Source of the DNA: the human T2T-CHM13v2.0 reference genome, Homo sapiens | Strand: one strand, 5' to 3' | NCBI RefSeq assembly: GCF_009914755.1 | Contig: NC_060946.1 | Length of the DNA stretch: 64,000 nt | In this document: piece after piece, positions 14,401 through 28,100 of the stretch | Layout of the letters: every line of letters begins with the position of its first letter | Numbering within the stretch: position 1 is the first letter of the stretch | Notes under the pieces: model-generated | Seen by the model: the letters and a program-made list of their open reading frames with translations, nothing else | The model's database searches: none | Told to the model about the DNA's origin: nothing | Program-made: the position numbers and the translations under genes

Positions 14401-14850
14401 TTATGTGAAGATATTTCCTTTTCCACCATAGGCCTCAAAACGATCCAAATGTCCACTTGCAAATTCTACAAGAACAGTGTTTCAAAACTGCTCAGTCAAA
14501 AGAAAGTTTGAACTCTGTGAGATGAATGCACACATGCCAAAGGAGTTTCTCAGATTCCTTCTGTCTAGATTTTTTTTGAAGATATTACCTTTTCTACCAT
14601 AGTCCACATAGTGCTACAAATGTCCACTTGCAGAATCTCCAAAAAGAGTGTTTCCAAACTGCTGAATCAAAAGAAAGTTTCAACTATTTGAGTTGAAGTC
14701 ACACATCACAAAGAAGATTCTGAGAATACTTCTGTCTAGTTTTTATGTGAAGATATTTCCTTTTCCATTATAGGCCCAAAAGCGCTACAAATGTCCACTA
14801 GCGGATTCTACAAAAAGAATGTTTCAGAACTTCTCAATCAAAAGAAAGGT
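11471..14850 (-). repeat. Alpha satellite block 3: A-type dimeric old layer
   Basis: Alternating monomers: tctcagattgcttctgtctagatttt/ttctaccatagg/gtgtttccaaac versus tctcagaattcttctgtctagttttt/ttccaccatagg/gagtttcaaaac. gagatgaa replaces gagttgaa. Confidence 0.88.
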
Positions 14851-17800
14851 TTAACTCTGTGAGTTGAATGTACACATCACAAAGAAGTTTCTGAAAATGC
14901 TGCTGTCTAGATTTTATGTGAAGATATTCCCGTTTCCAAGGAGGGCCTCAAGGGGTACCTAATATCCACTTGCAGATTCTACTAAAGGAGTGTTTCAAAA
15001 CGAATCTATGATAAGGTATGTTCCACTCTGTGAGTTGAAGGCAAACATCAAAAAGAAGTTTCTGAGAATGCTTCTCTCTAGTTTAGATGGGAAGATATTT
15101 CCTTTTCCACTATAGGCCTCAAAGTGTTCCAAGTGTCCACTTGCAGATTCTACAAAAAGAGTGTTTCAAAACTGCTCTATCAAAAGAAAGTTTCAACTCT
15201 GTGAAGTGAATGCACACATTACAAACAAGTTTCTGAGAATGCTTCTGTCTAGTTTTTATGTGAAGATATTCCCGTTTCCAATGAAGGCCTCAAAGCAGTC
15301 CAAATATCCACTAGCATATTCTACAAAAAGAGTGTTTCAAAGCTTCCCCATGAAAATGAATATTCAACTCTGTGAGTAGAATGTAGATATTACAAAGAAG
15401 TTTCTGAGAATGCTTCTGTCTAGTTTCTATGTGAAGATATTTCCTTTTCCACCATAAGCCTCAAAGCGCTCTAAATGTCCACTTCCACATTCAACAAAAA
15501 GAGAGTTTCAAAACTGCTGTATCAAAAGAAAGGTTCAACTCGGTGAGTTGCATGCAAACATCACAAAGAAGTTTCTGAGAATGCTTCTGTCTAGATTTTA
15601 TGTGAAGATATTTCCTTTTCTAAGTTAGGCTGCAAAGCGCTTCAAATGTCCACTTACAGAATCTACAAAAAGAGTTTTTCCATAATTCTCAATCAAAAGA
15701 AAGGTTCAACTCTGTGAGATGAACGCACACATCACAAAGAAGTTTCTCAGAATTCTTCTCCCTAGTTTTTATGTGAAGATATTTCCTTTTCCACCATAGG
15801 CCTCAAAGCACTCCAAATGTCCACTTGCAGATTCTACAAAAAAGAGGATCAAAACTGCTCGATCAAAAGAAAGGTTAAACTCTGTGAGGTGAATACATAC
15901 ATCACAAAGAGGTTTCTCACATTGGTTCTGTCTAGATTTTATGTGAAGATATTTCCTTTATAACATAAGTCGCAAAGGGCTCCTAATGCCCACTTGTAGA
16001 TTCTACAAAAAGAGTGTCTGTAAACTGCTCAATCAAAAGGAAGTTTCAACTCTGTGAGAAGAACGCACACATCACAAAGAAGTTTCTCAGAATTCTTCTG
16101 TCTAGTTTTTATGTGAAGATATTTCCTTTTCCACCACAGGCCTCAAAGCGCTCCAAATGTCCATTTGCACATTCTACAAAAAGAGTGTTTCAAACAGCTC
16201 TTTGAAAAGAAAGTTTCAACTCTGTGAGTTGAATGCACTCATCACAAAGAAGATTATGAGAATGCTTCTGTTGAATGTTTATGTGAAGATATTCCCATTT
16301 CCAACGATGGTCTCAAAGCAGTACAAATATCCACTTGCAGATTCTACTAAAAGAGTGTTTCAAAACTGCTCTATGATAAAGTATGTCCAATTCTGTGAGT
16401 TGAATGCAAACATCACAAATAATTTCTGAGAATTATTCTGTTTAGTTTTTATGTGAAGACATTTCCTTTTCAACCATAGGCCTCAAAGCGCTTCAAATGT
16501 CCACTTGTAGATTCTGCAAAAAGAGTGTTTCAAAACTGCTCTATCAAAAGAAAGTTTCATCTCTGTGAGTTGAATGCACACATCATACAGAAGTTTCTGA
16601 GAATGCTGCTGTCTAGTTTTTATGTGAAGATATTCCCGTTTGCAATGAAGGCCTCAAAGCGTTCCAAATATTCACTTGCAGATTCTACTAAAAGAGTGTT
16701 TCAAAACTGCTCTATAAGATATCTCCAACTCTGTGAGTTGAAGGCAAACATCACAAAGAAGTTTCTGAATGCTTCTCTCTAGTTTTTATGGGAAGATATT
16801 TCTTTTTCCACCATAGGCCTCAAAGTGCTCCAAATGTCCAATGCAGATGCTACAGAAAGAGTGCCTCAAACCTGCTCTATCAAAAGAAAGCTTCAACTCT
16901 GTCAGTTGAATGCACACATCAGAAAGAAGATTCTGAGAATGCTTCTGACTAGTTTTTATGTGAAGATATTTCCTTTTCCACCATAGGCCCCAAAGCGTTC
17001 CAAATGTCCACTTGCAGATTCTGCAAAAAGAGTGTTTCAAACCTGCTCTATCAAAAGAAAGGTTCAACTCTGTGAGTTGAATGCACACATCACAAACAAG
17101 TTACTGAGAATGCTTCTGTCTAGTTTTTATGTAGTGATATTCCTGTTTCCAACGAAGGCCTCAAAGCAGTCCAAATATACACAAGCAGATTCTACAAAAA
17201 AAGTGTTTCAAAATTCCTCCATGAAAAGGTATGTTCAACTGTGTGAGTTGAATGCAAACATCACAAAGAAGTTTCTGATATTGCTTATGTCTAGTTTTTA
17301 TGTGAAGATACCTCATTTTCCACATAGGCCTCAAAGCTCTCCAAATGTCCACTTTCAAATTCTCCAAAAAGAGTGTTTCAAACCTGCTCTATCAAAAGAA
17401 AGGTTCAACTCTGTGAGTTGAATGCACATATCACAAAGAAGTTTCTGAGAATGCTTCTGTCTAGGTTTCATGTGAAGGTATTTCCTTTTCCACCATAAGC
17501 CTCAAAGTTCAGAAATGTCCACTTGCAGATTCTACAAAAAGAGTGTTTCAAAACTGCCCTATCGAAAGAAATGTTCAACTCTGTGAGTTGAATGCACACA
17601 TCAAAAAGAAGTTTCTGAGAATGTTTCTGTCTAGTTTTTATATGAAGATATTCCCGTTTCCAATGAATGCTTCAAAACAGTCCAAATATCCACTAGCGGA
17701 TTCTACAAAAAGAGTGTTTCAAAACTGCTCTATGATAAATTATGTTCAACTCTGTGAGTAGTTGAATGCAAACATCACAAAGAAGTTTCTGAGAATGCTT

Positions 17801-20800
17801 CTGTCCAGTGTTTATGTGAAGATATACCCAATTCCAACAAAGGCCTCAAAGCTCTCCAAATTTCCACTTGCAGGATCTACAAAAAGAGCGTTTCAAAACT
17901 GCTCTATGAAGTGGTATGTTCAACTCTGTGAGTTGAATGCAAACATCACAAAGAAATTTCTGAGAATACTTCTGTCTAGTTTTTATGGGAAGATATTTCC
18001 TTTTCCACCATAGGCCACAAAGCGCTCCAAATGTCCACCTGCAGATTCTACAAAAAGAGTGTTTCAAACCTGCTCTATCAAAAGAAAGGTTCAACTCTGT
18101 GAGTTAAAGGCACACATCACAAAGAAGTTTGTGAGAATTCTTCTCTCTAGTGTTTATGTGAAGATATTGCCGTTTCAAACGAAGGTCTCAAAGCAGTACA
18201 AATATCCACTTGCAGATACTACAAAAAGAGTGTTTCATAATTGATCCATCAAAAGAAATTTTCACCTCTGTCAGTTGAATGTACACATCACAAAAAGTTT
18301 CTCAGAATGCTGCTGTTTAGTTTTTATGTGAAGATATTCCCATTTCCAGCGAAGGCCTCAATGCGGTCCAAATATCCACTTGCAGATTCTTCTAAAAGAG
18401 TGTTTCAAAACTGCTCTATCAAAAGAAAGGTTCAACTCGGTGAGCTGAATGTACACATCACAAACAAGTTTCTGAGAATGATGCTGTCTAGTTTTTATTT
18501 GAAGATATCCCAGTTTCCAACGAAGGCCTCAAGGCATTCCAAATATCCACTTGCAGATTCTACTAAAAGAATGTTTCAAAACAGCTCTATGATAAGATAT
18601 GTTCAACTCTGTGAGTTGAATGCAAGCAACCCAAAGAAGTTTCTGAGAAAGTTTCTAGCTAATTTTTATGGGAAGATATTTCCTTTTCCACCATAGGTCT
18701 CAAAACACTTTAAATGTCCAGTTACAGATTGTACAAAAAGTGTGTTTCAAACCTGCTCTATAAAAAGTAAGGTTCAACTCTGTGATTTTAATGCACACAG
18801 CACAAAGAAGTTTCAGAGAACCCTTGTCTAGTGATTATGTGAAGATATTCCCGTTTCCATCGAATGCCTCAAAGTGGTCCAAATATCCCCTTCAGATTCT
18901 ACTAAAGGAGTGTATCAAAAGTGATCTATGGAAAGGAAGTTTCTACTCTGTGAATTGAATGCAAATATCAAAAAGAAGTTTCTGAGAGTGCTTCTGTCTA
19001 GTTTTTAAGTGAAGATATTTCCTTTTCCACCATAGGCCACAAAGCTCTCCAAATGTCCACTTGGAGATTCTACAAAATGAAAGTTTCAAACCTGCTCTAT
19101 CAAAAGAAAGGTTCAGCTCTGTGAGTTGAATACACACATCACAAAGTTTCTGAGAATACCTCTGTCTAGTACTTATGTGAAGATATTCCCGTTTCCAACG
19201 AAGGCCTCAAAGCGGTCCAAATATCCACTTGCAGATTCTACAAAGAATGTTTCAAAAGGCTCTATGAAATGGTATGTTCAACTCTGTGAGTGGAATGCGA
19301 ACATCACAAAGAAAATTCTGAGAATTCTTCTGTCTCATTTTTATATAAAGATATTTCCTTTTCTACAATAGGCCTCAAAGCTCTCCAAATGTCCACTTGC
19401 AGATTCTACAAAAAGAGTGTTTCAATCCTGCTCTATCAAAAGAAAGGTTCATCTCTGTGAGTGGAATGCACACATCACAAAGAAGTTTCTGAGAATACTT
19501 CTGTCTAGTGTTTATGTGAATATCTTCCGGCTTCCAACGAAGGCTTTAAAGCGGTCCAAATATCCTCCTGCCGATACTAAAAAAAGAGTGTTTCAAACCT
19601 GCCCTATCAAAAGAAAGGTTCAACTCTGTGCATTGAATGTACACATCACAAAGAAGTTTCTGAGAATGCTCCTGTCTAGTTTTTATGTGAAGATATTCTC
19701 GTTTCCAACGAAGGCCTGAAAGCATTACAAATATCCACTTGCAGATTTTACTAAAGAGTGTTTCAAAACTGCTCTATGATAAAGTATTTTCAACTCTGTG
19801 AGTTGAAGGCAAACATTGCAAATGAGTTTCTGAGAATGCTTCAGTCTAGTTTTTATGGGAAGATATTTCCTTTTCCACCGTAGGCCTGAAAGCGCTCAAA
19901 ATGTCCACTTGCAGATTCTGCAAAAAGAGTGTTTCAAACCTGCTCTATCAAAAGAAAGCTTCAAGTCTGTGAGTTGAATGTACACATCACAAGGAAGTTT
20001 CTGATAATGCTTCTGTCTAGTGTTTACGTGAAGATATAACCGATTCCAACGAAGGCCTCAAAGCTCTCCAAATTTCCACTTGCAGTTTCTGCAAAAAGAG
20101 TGTTTCAAAACTGCTCTATGAAATGGTATGTTCAACACTGTGAGTTGAATACAAACATCACAAAGAAGTTTCTGAGAATCCTTCTGTCTAGTTTCTATGG
20201 GAAGATATTTCCTTTTCCACCTTAGGCCTCTAAAGCGCTCCAAATGTCCATTTGCAGATTCTATAAAAAGAGTGCTTCAAATCTGCTCTCTCAAAAGAAA
20301 GTTTCAGCTCTGTGAGTTGAAGGGACACATCACAAACAAGTTTGTGAGGATGCTTCTCTCTAGTGTTTATGTGAATATATTTCCGTTTCAAATGAAGGCC
20401 TCAAAGCAGTAAAAATATCCACTTGCAAATTCTCCAAAAGACTGTTTCAAAACTGCTCTATCAAAAGAAAGGTTCAACTCTGTGAGTTGAATGTACATAT
20501 CGCAAAGAAGTTAATGAGAATGCTGCTGTCTAGTTTTTATGTAAAGATATTCCCGTTTCCAACGAAGGCCTCAAAGCGGTCCAAATATCCACTTACAGTT
20601 TCTACAAAAAGAGTGTTTCAAAACTGCTTTATCATAAGGTATGTTCAACTCTGTGAGTTGAATGCAAACATTGCAAAGAAGTTTCTGAGAATACTTCTGT
20701 CTAGTTTTTATGTGAACATATTTCCTTTTCCACCATAGGCTCCAAAGTGCTCCAAAGGTTCACTTACGGATTCTACAAAAACAATGTTTCAAACCTGCTC

Positions 20801-23800
20801 TGTCAAAAGAAAGGTTCAACACTGTGAGTTGAATGCACACAACACAAAGAAGTTTCTGAGAATGCTTCTGTCTAATTTTTATATAAGGATATTCCCATTT
20901 CCAACGAAGGCCAATAAACGGTCAAAATATCCACTTGTAGATTCTACTAAAAGAGTGTACCAAAACTTCTCTATGATAAAGTATGTCCAACTCTGTGAGT
21001 TGAATGCAAACATCACAAAGAAGTTTCTGAGAACGCCTCTGTCTAGTTTTTATGTGAAGATATTTCCTTTTCCACCATAGGCCTCAAGGCTCTCCAAATG
21101 TCCCCTTGCAGATTCTGCAAAAAGAGTGTTTCAAAACTCCTGTAACAAAAGAGAGGTTCAACTCTGTGAGTTGAATGCACACATCACAAAGAAGTTTCTG
21201 AGAACAATTCTGTCTAGTGTTTATGTGACGATATTCCAGTTTCCAATGAAGTCCTCAAAGCGCTTCAAATATCCACTTGCAGATTCTACAAAAAGAGTGT
21301 TTCAAAACTGCTCTACCAAAAAATAGTTTCAACTCTGTCAGTTGAATGCAAACATCACAAAGAAGCTTCTGAGAATGCTTCTGTCTACTTTTTATGCGAA
21401 GATATTTCCTTTCCCACCTTAGGCCTCAAAGCTCTCCAAATTTCCACTTGAAGATTCTACAAAATGATGGTTTCAAAACTGCTCTATGATAAGGTATGTT
21501 CAACTCTGTCAGTTGAAGGCAAACATCACAAAGATGTTTCTGAGAATTATTCTCTCTAGTTTTCATGGGAAGACATTTCCTTTTCCAGCACAGGCCTCAA
21601 AGCGCTCCAAATGTCCATTTGCAGATTCTACAAAAAGTGTTTGAAACCTGCTCTATCAAAAGAAAGGTTCATCTCTGAGTTGAATGCACACATCACAAAG
21701 AAGTTTCTGAGAATGCTTCTGTCTAGTGTTTATGTGAGATATTCCTGTTTCCAATGAAGGACTTAAAGTGGTCCAAATATCCTCTTGCAGATTCTATGAA
21801 AAGACTGTTTAATGTCTGCTTTATCAAAAGAAAGGTTCAACTCTGTGAGTTGAATGCACAAATCACAAAGAAGTTTCTGAGAATGCTTCTGTCTAGTTTT
21901 TATGTGAAGATATTTCGTTTTCCACCATAGGCCACAAAGCTCTCCAAAAGTCCATGGACAGATTCTACAAAAAGAGTGTTTCAAAGCTGCCCTATCAAAA
22001 GAAAGGTTCAACTCTGTGAGTTGAATGTTCACATCACAAAGAAGTTTCTGAGAATGCTGCTGTCTAATTTTTATGTGAAGATACTCCTGTTTCTGATGAA
22101 GGCCTCAAAAAGTTCCAAATATCCACTTCCAGATTCAACTAAAAGATTGTTTCAAAACTGCTCTATCATAAGGTATGTTCAACACTGTGAGTTGAAGGCA
22201 AACGTCACAAAGAAGTTTCTGAGAATGCTTCTGTCTAGTTTTTATTGGAAGATATTTCCTTTTCCACTGTAGGGCTTAAATCGCTCCAAATGTCCACTTG
22301 CAGATTATACAAAAAGAGTGTTTCAAACCTGCTCTACCTAAAGAAAGCTTGAAATCTGTGAGTTGAATGCACACAGCACAAAGAAGTTTCTGAGAAAGCT
22401 TCTGTCTAGTGATTATGTGAAGATATTCCCGTTTCCAATGAAGGCTGGTAAGCAGTCCAAATATCCGCTTGCAGATTCTGCGAAAAGAGTGTTTCAAAAC
22501 TGCTCTATGATACAGTATGTCCAAATCTGTGGGTTGAAAGCAAACATCACAAAGAAGTTTCTGAGAATGCTTCTGTCTAGTTTTTATGTGAAGATATTTC
22601 CTTTTCCACCATAGGCCTCAAGGCGCTCCAAATGTCCACTTGCAGATTCTGCAAAAAGAGTGTTTCAACCTGCTCTATCAAAAGAAAGGTTAAACTCTGT
22701 GAGTTGAATGCACACAGCACAAAGAAGTTTCTGAGAATGCTTCTGTTTAGTGTTTATGTGAAGATATTCCCGTTTCCAACGAAGGCCTCAAAGCGGTCCA
22801 AATATCCATTTGCAGATTCTACAAAAAGAGCGTTTAAAACCAGCTCTATCAAAAGAAAGGCTCAACTCTGTTAGTTGAATGTACGCATCACAAAGAAGTT
22901 TCTGAGAATGCTGCTGTCTAATTTTTATGTGAAGATATTCCCGTTTCCAATGAAGGCCTGAAAGCATTCAAAATATCCACTTCCAGATTCTACTAAAAGA
23001 GTGCTTCAAAACTGCTCTATGATAAGGTATGTTCAACTCTGTGAGTTGAAGGCAAACATCACAAAGAAGTTTCTGAGAATGCTTCTGTCTAGTTTTTATG
23101 TGAAGATATTTCCTTTTCCACCATAGGCCTCAAGGCGCTCCAAATGTCCACTTGCAGATTCTGCAAAAAGAGTGTTTCAAACCTGCTCTATCAAAAGAAA
23201 TGTTCAACTCTGTGAGTTGAATGCACACATCACAGAGAAGTTTCTGAGAATTTTTCTGTCTGGCTTTTATATAAAGATATTACCTTTTCCACCTTAGGCC
23301 TCAAAGCTCTCAAAATATCCGCTGGCAGATTCTACAAAAAGAGAGTTTGAAAGCTGCTCTATGATAAGGTATGTTCAACTCTGTGAGTTGAATGCTCACC
23401 TCATAAAGAAGTTTCTGGGAATGCTTCTGTCTAGTGTTTATGTGAAGATATTCCTGTTTCCAAAGAAGGCCTCAAAGCGGACCAAATATCCAATTGCAAA
23501 TTCTACAAAAAGAGTGTTTCAAAGCTGCTCTATCAAAAGAAAGGCCCAACTCTGTGAGTTGAATGCACACATCACAAAAAAGTTTCTGAGAATGCTTCTG
23601 TCTAGAGTTTATGTGAAGATATACCCGTTTCCAACGAAGACCTCAAACTGGTCCAAATATCCACATAGAGATTCTACAAAAAGAGGGTTTCTAAACTGCT
23701 CTATCAAAGGAAAGGTTCAACTCTGTGAGTTGAATGCACACATCACAAAAAAGTTTCTGAGAATGCCTCTGTCTAGAGTTTATGTGAAGATATACCCGTT

Positions 23801-25110
23801 TCCAACGAAGACCTCAAACTGGTCGAAATACCCACATGCAGATTCTACAAACAGGGGGTTCTTAAACTTCTCTATAAGAAGAAAGGTTCAACTCTGTGAC
23901 ATGAATGTACACATCACAAAGTAGTTTCTGAGAAAGCTTCTATCTAGTGATTATCTGAAGACATTCCCATTTCCAACGAATGCCTCAAAGCGGTCCAAAT
24001 ATCCACTTGCAGATTCTACTAAAAGAGTGTGTCAAAACTGCCCTATGATAAAGTATCTTCAACTCTGTGAGTTGAATGCAAACATCACAAAGATGTTTCT
24101 CAGAATGATTCTGTCTATATTTTATGTGAGGATATTTCCTTTTCGGCCATAGGTCTCAAAGCTCTCCAAATGTCCACTTGCAGATTCTACAAAAACAGTG
24201 TTTCAAGACTGCTCTATCAAAAGAAAGGTTCAATTCTGTGAGTTGAATGCACACAGCACAAAGAAGTTTCTGAGAAAACTTCTCTCTAGAGATTATGTGA
24301 AGATATTCCCATTTCCAAAGAAAGCCTCAAAGCGGTCCAAATATCCACTCGCAGATTCTACTAAAAGAGTGTTTCAAAACTGCTCTATGATAAAGTGTGT
24401 CCAACTCTGTGAGTGGAATGCTAACATCACAAAGAAGTTTCTGAGAATGCTTCGGTCTAGTTTTTATGTGAAGATATTTCCTTTTCCACCATAGGCCTCA
24501 AAGCGCTTCAAATGTCCACTTGCAGTTTCGGCAAAAAGAGTGTTTCAAACCTGCCCTATCAAAAGAAAGGTTCAACTCTGTGAGTTAAATTCGCACGTCA
24601 CAAAGAAGTTTCTGACAATGCTTCTGTCTAGTGATTATGTGAAGGTATCCTATTTCCAAAGAATGCCTCGAAGCAGTTCAAATATGCAGTTGCAGATTCT
24701 ACAAGAAGAGTGTTTCAAAACTGCTCTATCAAAAGAAAGGTTCAACTCTGTGAGTTGAATGTATACATCACAAAGAAGTTTCTGAGAATGCTTCTCTCTA
24801 GTTTTTATGTGAAGATGTACCCGTTTCCAATGAAGGCCTCAAGGCTTTCCATATATCCACTTGCAGATTCTACTAAAAGAGTGTTTCAAAACTGCTCTAT
24901 GATGAGGTATGTTCAACTCTGTGCGTTGAAGGCAAACATCACAAAGAAGTTTCTGAGAATGCTTATTTCTATTTTTTATGGGAAGATATTTATTTTTCCA
25001 CCATAGGCCTCAAAGCGCTTCAATTGTCCACTTGCAGATTCTGCAAAAAGAGTGTTTCAAACCTGCCCTATCAAAAGAAAGGTTCAACTGTGTGAGTTGA
25101 ATTCGCACAT
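14851..25110 (-). repeat. Alpha satellite block 4: second B-box-containing (SF5/R1R2-like) block, with an island of block-3 type at ~15420-16140
   Basis: Return of gagttgaa, ttctgagaatg, ctgctctat, gataaggtatg and B-box monomers. Confidence 0.92.
18849..23810 (-). promoter_or_regulatory. Cluster of 6 CENP-B boxes with intact core
   Basis: Boxes at 18849-18865, 19187-19203, 20551-20567, 22768-22784, 23623-23639 and 23794-23810. Confidence 0.85.
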
Positions 25111-28100
25111 CACAAAGAAGTTTCTCAGAATTCTTCTGTCTAGTTTTTATCTGAAGACATTTCCTTTTCCACCATAGACCTCAAACCACTCCAAATGTAC
25201 ACTTGCAGATTCTACAAAAAGAGAGTTTCAAAACTGCTCAATCAAAAGAAATGTTTAACTCTGTGAGATGAATGGACACATCATAAAGTACTTTATCAGA
25301 CTGCTTTTATCTAGATTTTCTGTGAAGATATTTCCTTTTCTACGAGAGGTCACAAAGTGTTCTAATTGTCCACTTGCATATTCCACAAAAAGAGTGCTTC
25401 CAAACTGCTCAGTCAAAAGAAAGGTTCAACTCTTTGAGATGTAAGCACAAATCACAAAGAAGTTTCTCAGAATTTTTCTGTTTAGTTTTTATGTGAAAAT
25501 ATTTACTTTTCCACCATAGGCCTCAAAGCGCTCCAAATGTCCACTTGCAGATTTTACAAAAAGAGAGTTTCAAGACAGCTCAATCAAAAGAAAGTTTTAA
25601 CTCTGTGAGATGAATGCACACATCAAAAAGAAGTTTCTCAGATTCATTCTATCTAGATTTTATGGGAATATATTTCCTTTTCTAACATAGGCTGCAAAGC
25701 ACTCCAAATGTCCATTTGCAGATTCCACAAAAAGAGTGTTTCCAAACTGCTTAATCAAAAGAAAGGTTCAACTCTGTGAGATAAACATCACAAAGCATCA
25801 CAAAGAAGTTTCTCCGAATTCTTCTGTGTAGTTTTGATGTGAAAATATTTCCTTTTCCTCCACAGGCCTCAAAGCGCTCCAAATGTTAACTTGCAGATTC
25901 TACAAAAAGAGAGATTCAAAACTGCTCAATCAAAACAAAGGCTTAACTCTTTGAGATCAGTGCACACATCACAAAGAAGTTTCTAAAAAAGCTTCTGTCG
26001 AGTTTTTATGTGAAGATATTTCGTTTTCCACCGTAGGCCTCAAAGCGCTCCAAATGTCCACTTCCACATTCAACAAAAAGAGAGTTTCAAAACTGCTCAA
26101 TCAAAAGTAAGAGTTAACCCTGTGAGATGAATGCACTCATCCCAAAGAAGTTTCTCAGATTGCTTCTGTCTAGATTTTATGTGAAACTGTTTCCTTTTCT
26201 AACATAGGCTGCAAAGCGCTCCAAATGCTCACTTAGAGAATCTACAAAGAGTGTTTCAAATATTCTCAATCAAAAGAAATGTTCAACTCTGTCAGATGAA
26301 TGCACACATCACAAAGAAGTTTCTCAGAGTTCTTCTGTCTAGTTTTTATGTGAAGATATTTCCTTTTCCACCATAGGCCTCAAAGCACTCCAAATGTCCA
26401 CTTGCAGATTCTACAAAAAGAGAGTTTCAATACTGCTCTATCAAAAGGAATGTTTAACTCTGTGAGAAGAATGCACACGTCACAAAGAGATTTCTCAGAT
26501 TGCTTCTTTCTAGATTTAATATGAAGATATTTCCTTTTCTATCATAGTCGGCAAAGCGCTCCAAATGTCCACTTGCACATTCTACAAAAAGAGTGATTCC
26601 AAACTGCTCAATCAAAAGGAAGGTTCAACTCTGTGAGATGAATGCACACATCACAAAGAAGTTTCTCAGATTGCTTCTGTCTAGGTTTTATGTGAAGATA
26701 TTTCCTTTTCTACCTTAGGCCCCAAAGTGCTCCAAGTGTCCACTTGTAGATTTTACAAAAAGAGTGTTTCCAAACTGCTCAATCAAAAGGAAGTTTCAAC
26801 TCTGTGAGATGAACACACACATCACAAAGAAGTTTCTCAGAATTCTTCTGTCTAGTTTTTATGGGAAGATATTTCCTTTTCCACCATAGGCCTAAAAGCA
26901 CTCCAAATGCCCACTTGCAGATTCTACAAAAAGAGAGTTTCAAAACTGCTCAATCAAACAAAAGTTTTAAACCTGTGAGATGAAAGCACACATCACAAAG
27001 AAGTTTCTCAGATTGCTTTTGTCTAGATTTTATGTGAAGATGTTTCTTTTACTACCATAGGCCTCAAAGCGCTCCAAATGTCCACTTGCAGATTCTACAA
27101 AATAGAGTTTCAAGACAGCTCAATCAAAAGAAAAGTTTAACTCTGTGAAATGAATGCACACATCACAAAGTAGTTTCTCAGATTGCTTCTGTCTGAACTT
27201 TATGTGAAGATATTTCCTTTTCTACCATAGGCCACAAAGTGCTCAAAATGTCCACTTGCAGATTCTACAAAAAGAGTGTTTCCAAACAGCTCAATCAAAA
27301 GAAAGGTTCCACTCTGTGAGATGAACGCACACATCACAAAGAAGTTTCACAGTATTCTTCAATCTGGTTTTTATGTGAAGATATTTTCTTTTCCACATTG
27401 TCCTCAAACCGCTCCAAATGTACTCTTCCAGATTCTACAAAAACAGAGTTTAAAAATGCTCCATCAAAAGCAGTGTTTAAGTCTCTGAGATGAATGCACA
27501 TATCACAAAGAATTTTCTCATATTGCTTCTGTCTAGATTTTATGTGCAGGTATTTCCTTTTCTAACACTGGCCGCAAAGCGCTCCAAATCTCCACTTGCA
27601 GATTCTGCAAACGGAGTGCTTCCAAAATGCTCAATCAAAATGAAGGTTCAACTCAGTGAGATGAACACACACATCACAAAGAAGTTTCTCAGAATTCTTC
27701 TGTCTAGTATTTATGTGAAATTATTTCCTTTTCCACCATAGGCCTCAAAGCGCTCCAAATGTCCACTTGCAGATTCTACAAAAAGAGAGTTTCAAAACTG
27801 CTCAACCAAACTAAAGTTTTAACTCTGTGAAATGAATGCACAAATCACAAAGTAGTTTCTCAGATTGGCTCTGTCTGAATTTTATGTGAAGATATTTCCT
27901 TTTCTATCATAGGCCACAAAGTGCTCCAAATGTCCACTTGCAGATTCTACAAAAAGAGTCTTTCCAAACAGCTCAATCAAAAGAAAGTTTCAACTCTGTG
28001 AGATGAACGCACACATCACAAAGAAGTTTGTCAGAATTCTTCTCTCTAGTTTTTATGTGAAGATAAATTCCTTTTCCACCGTAGGCTTCAAAGTGCTCCA

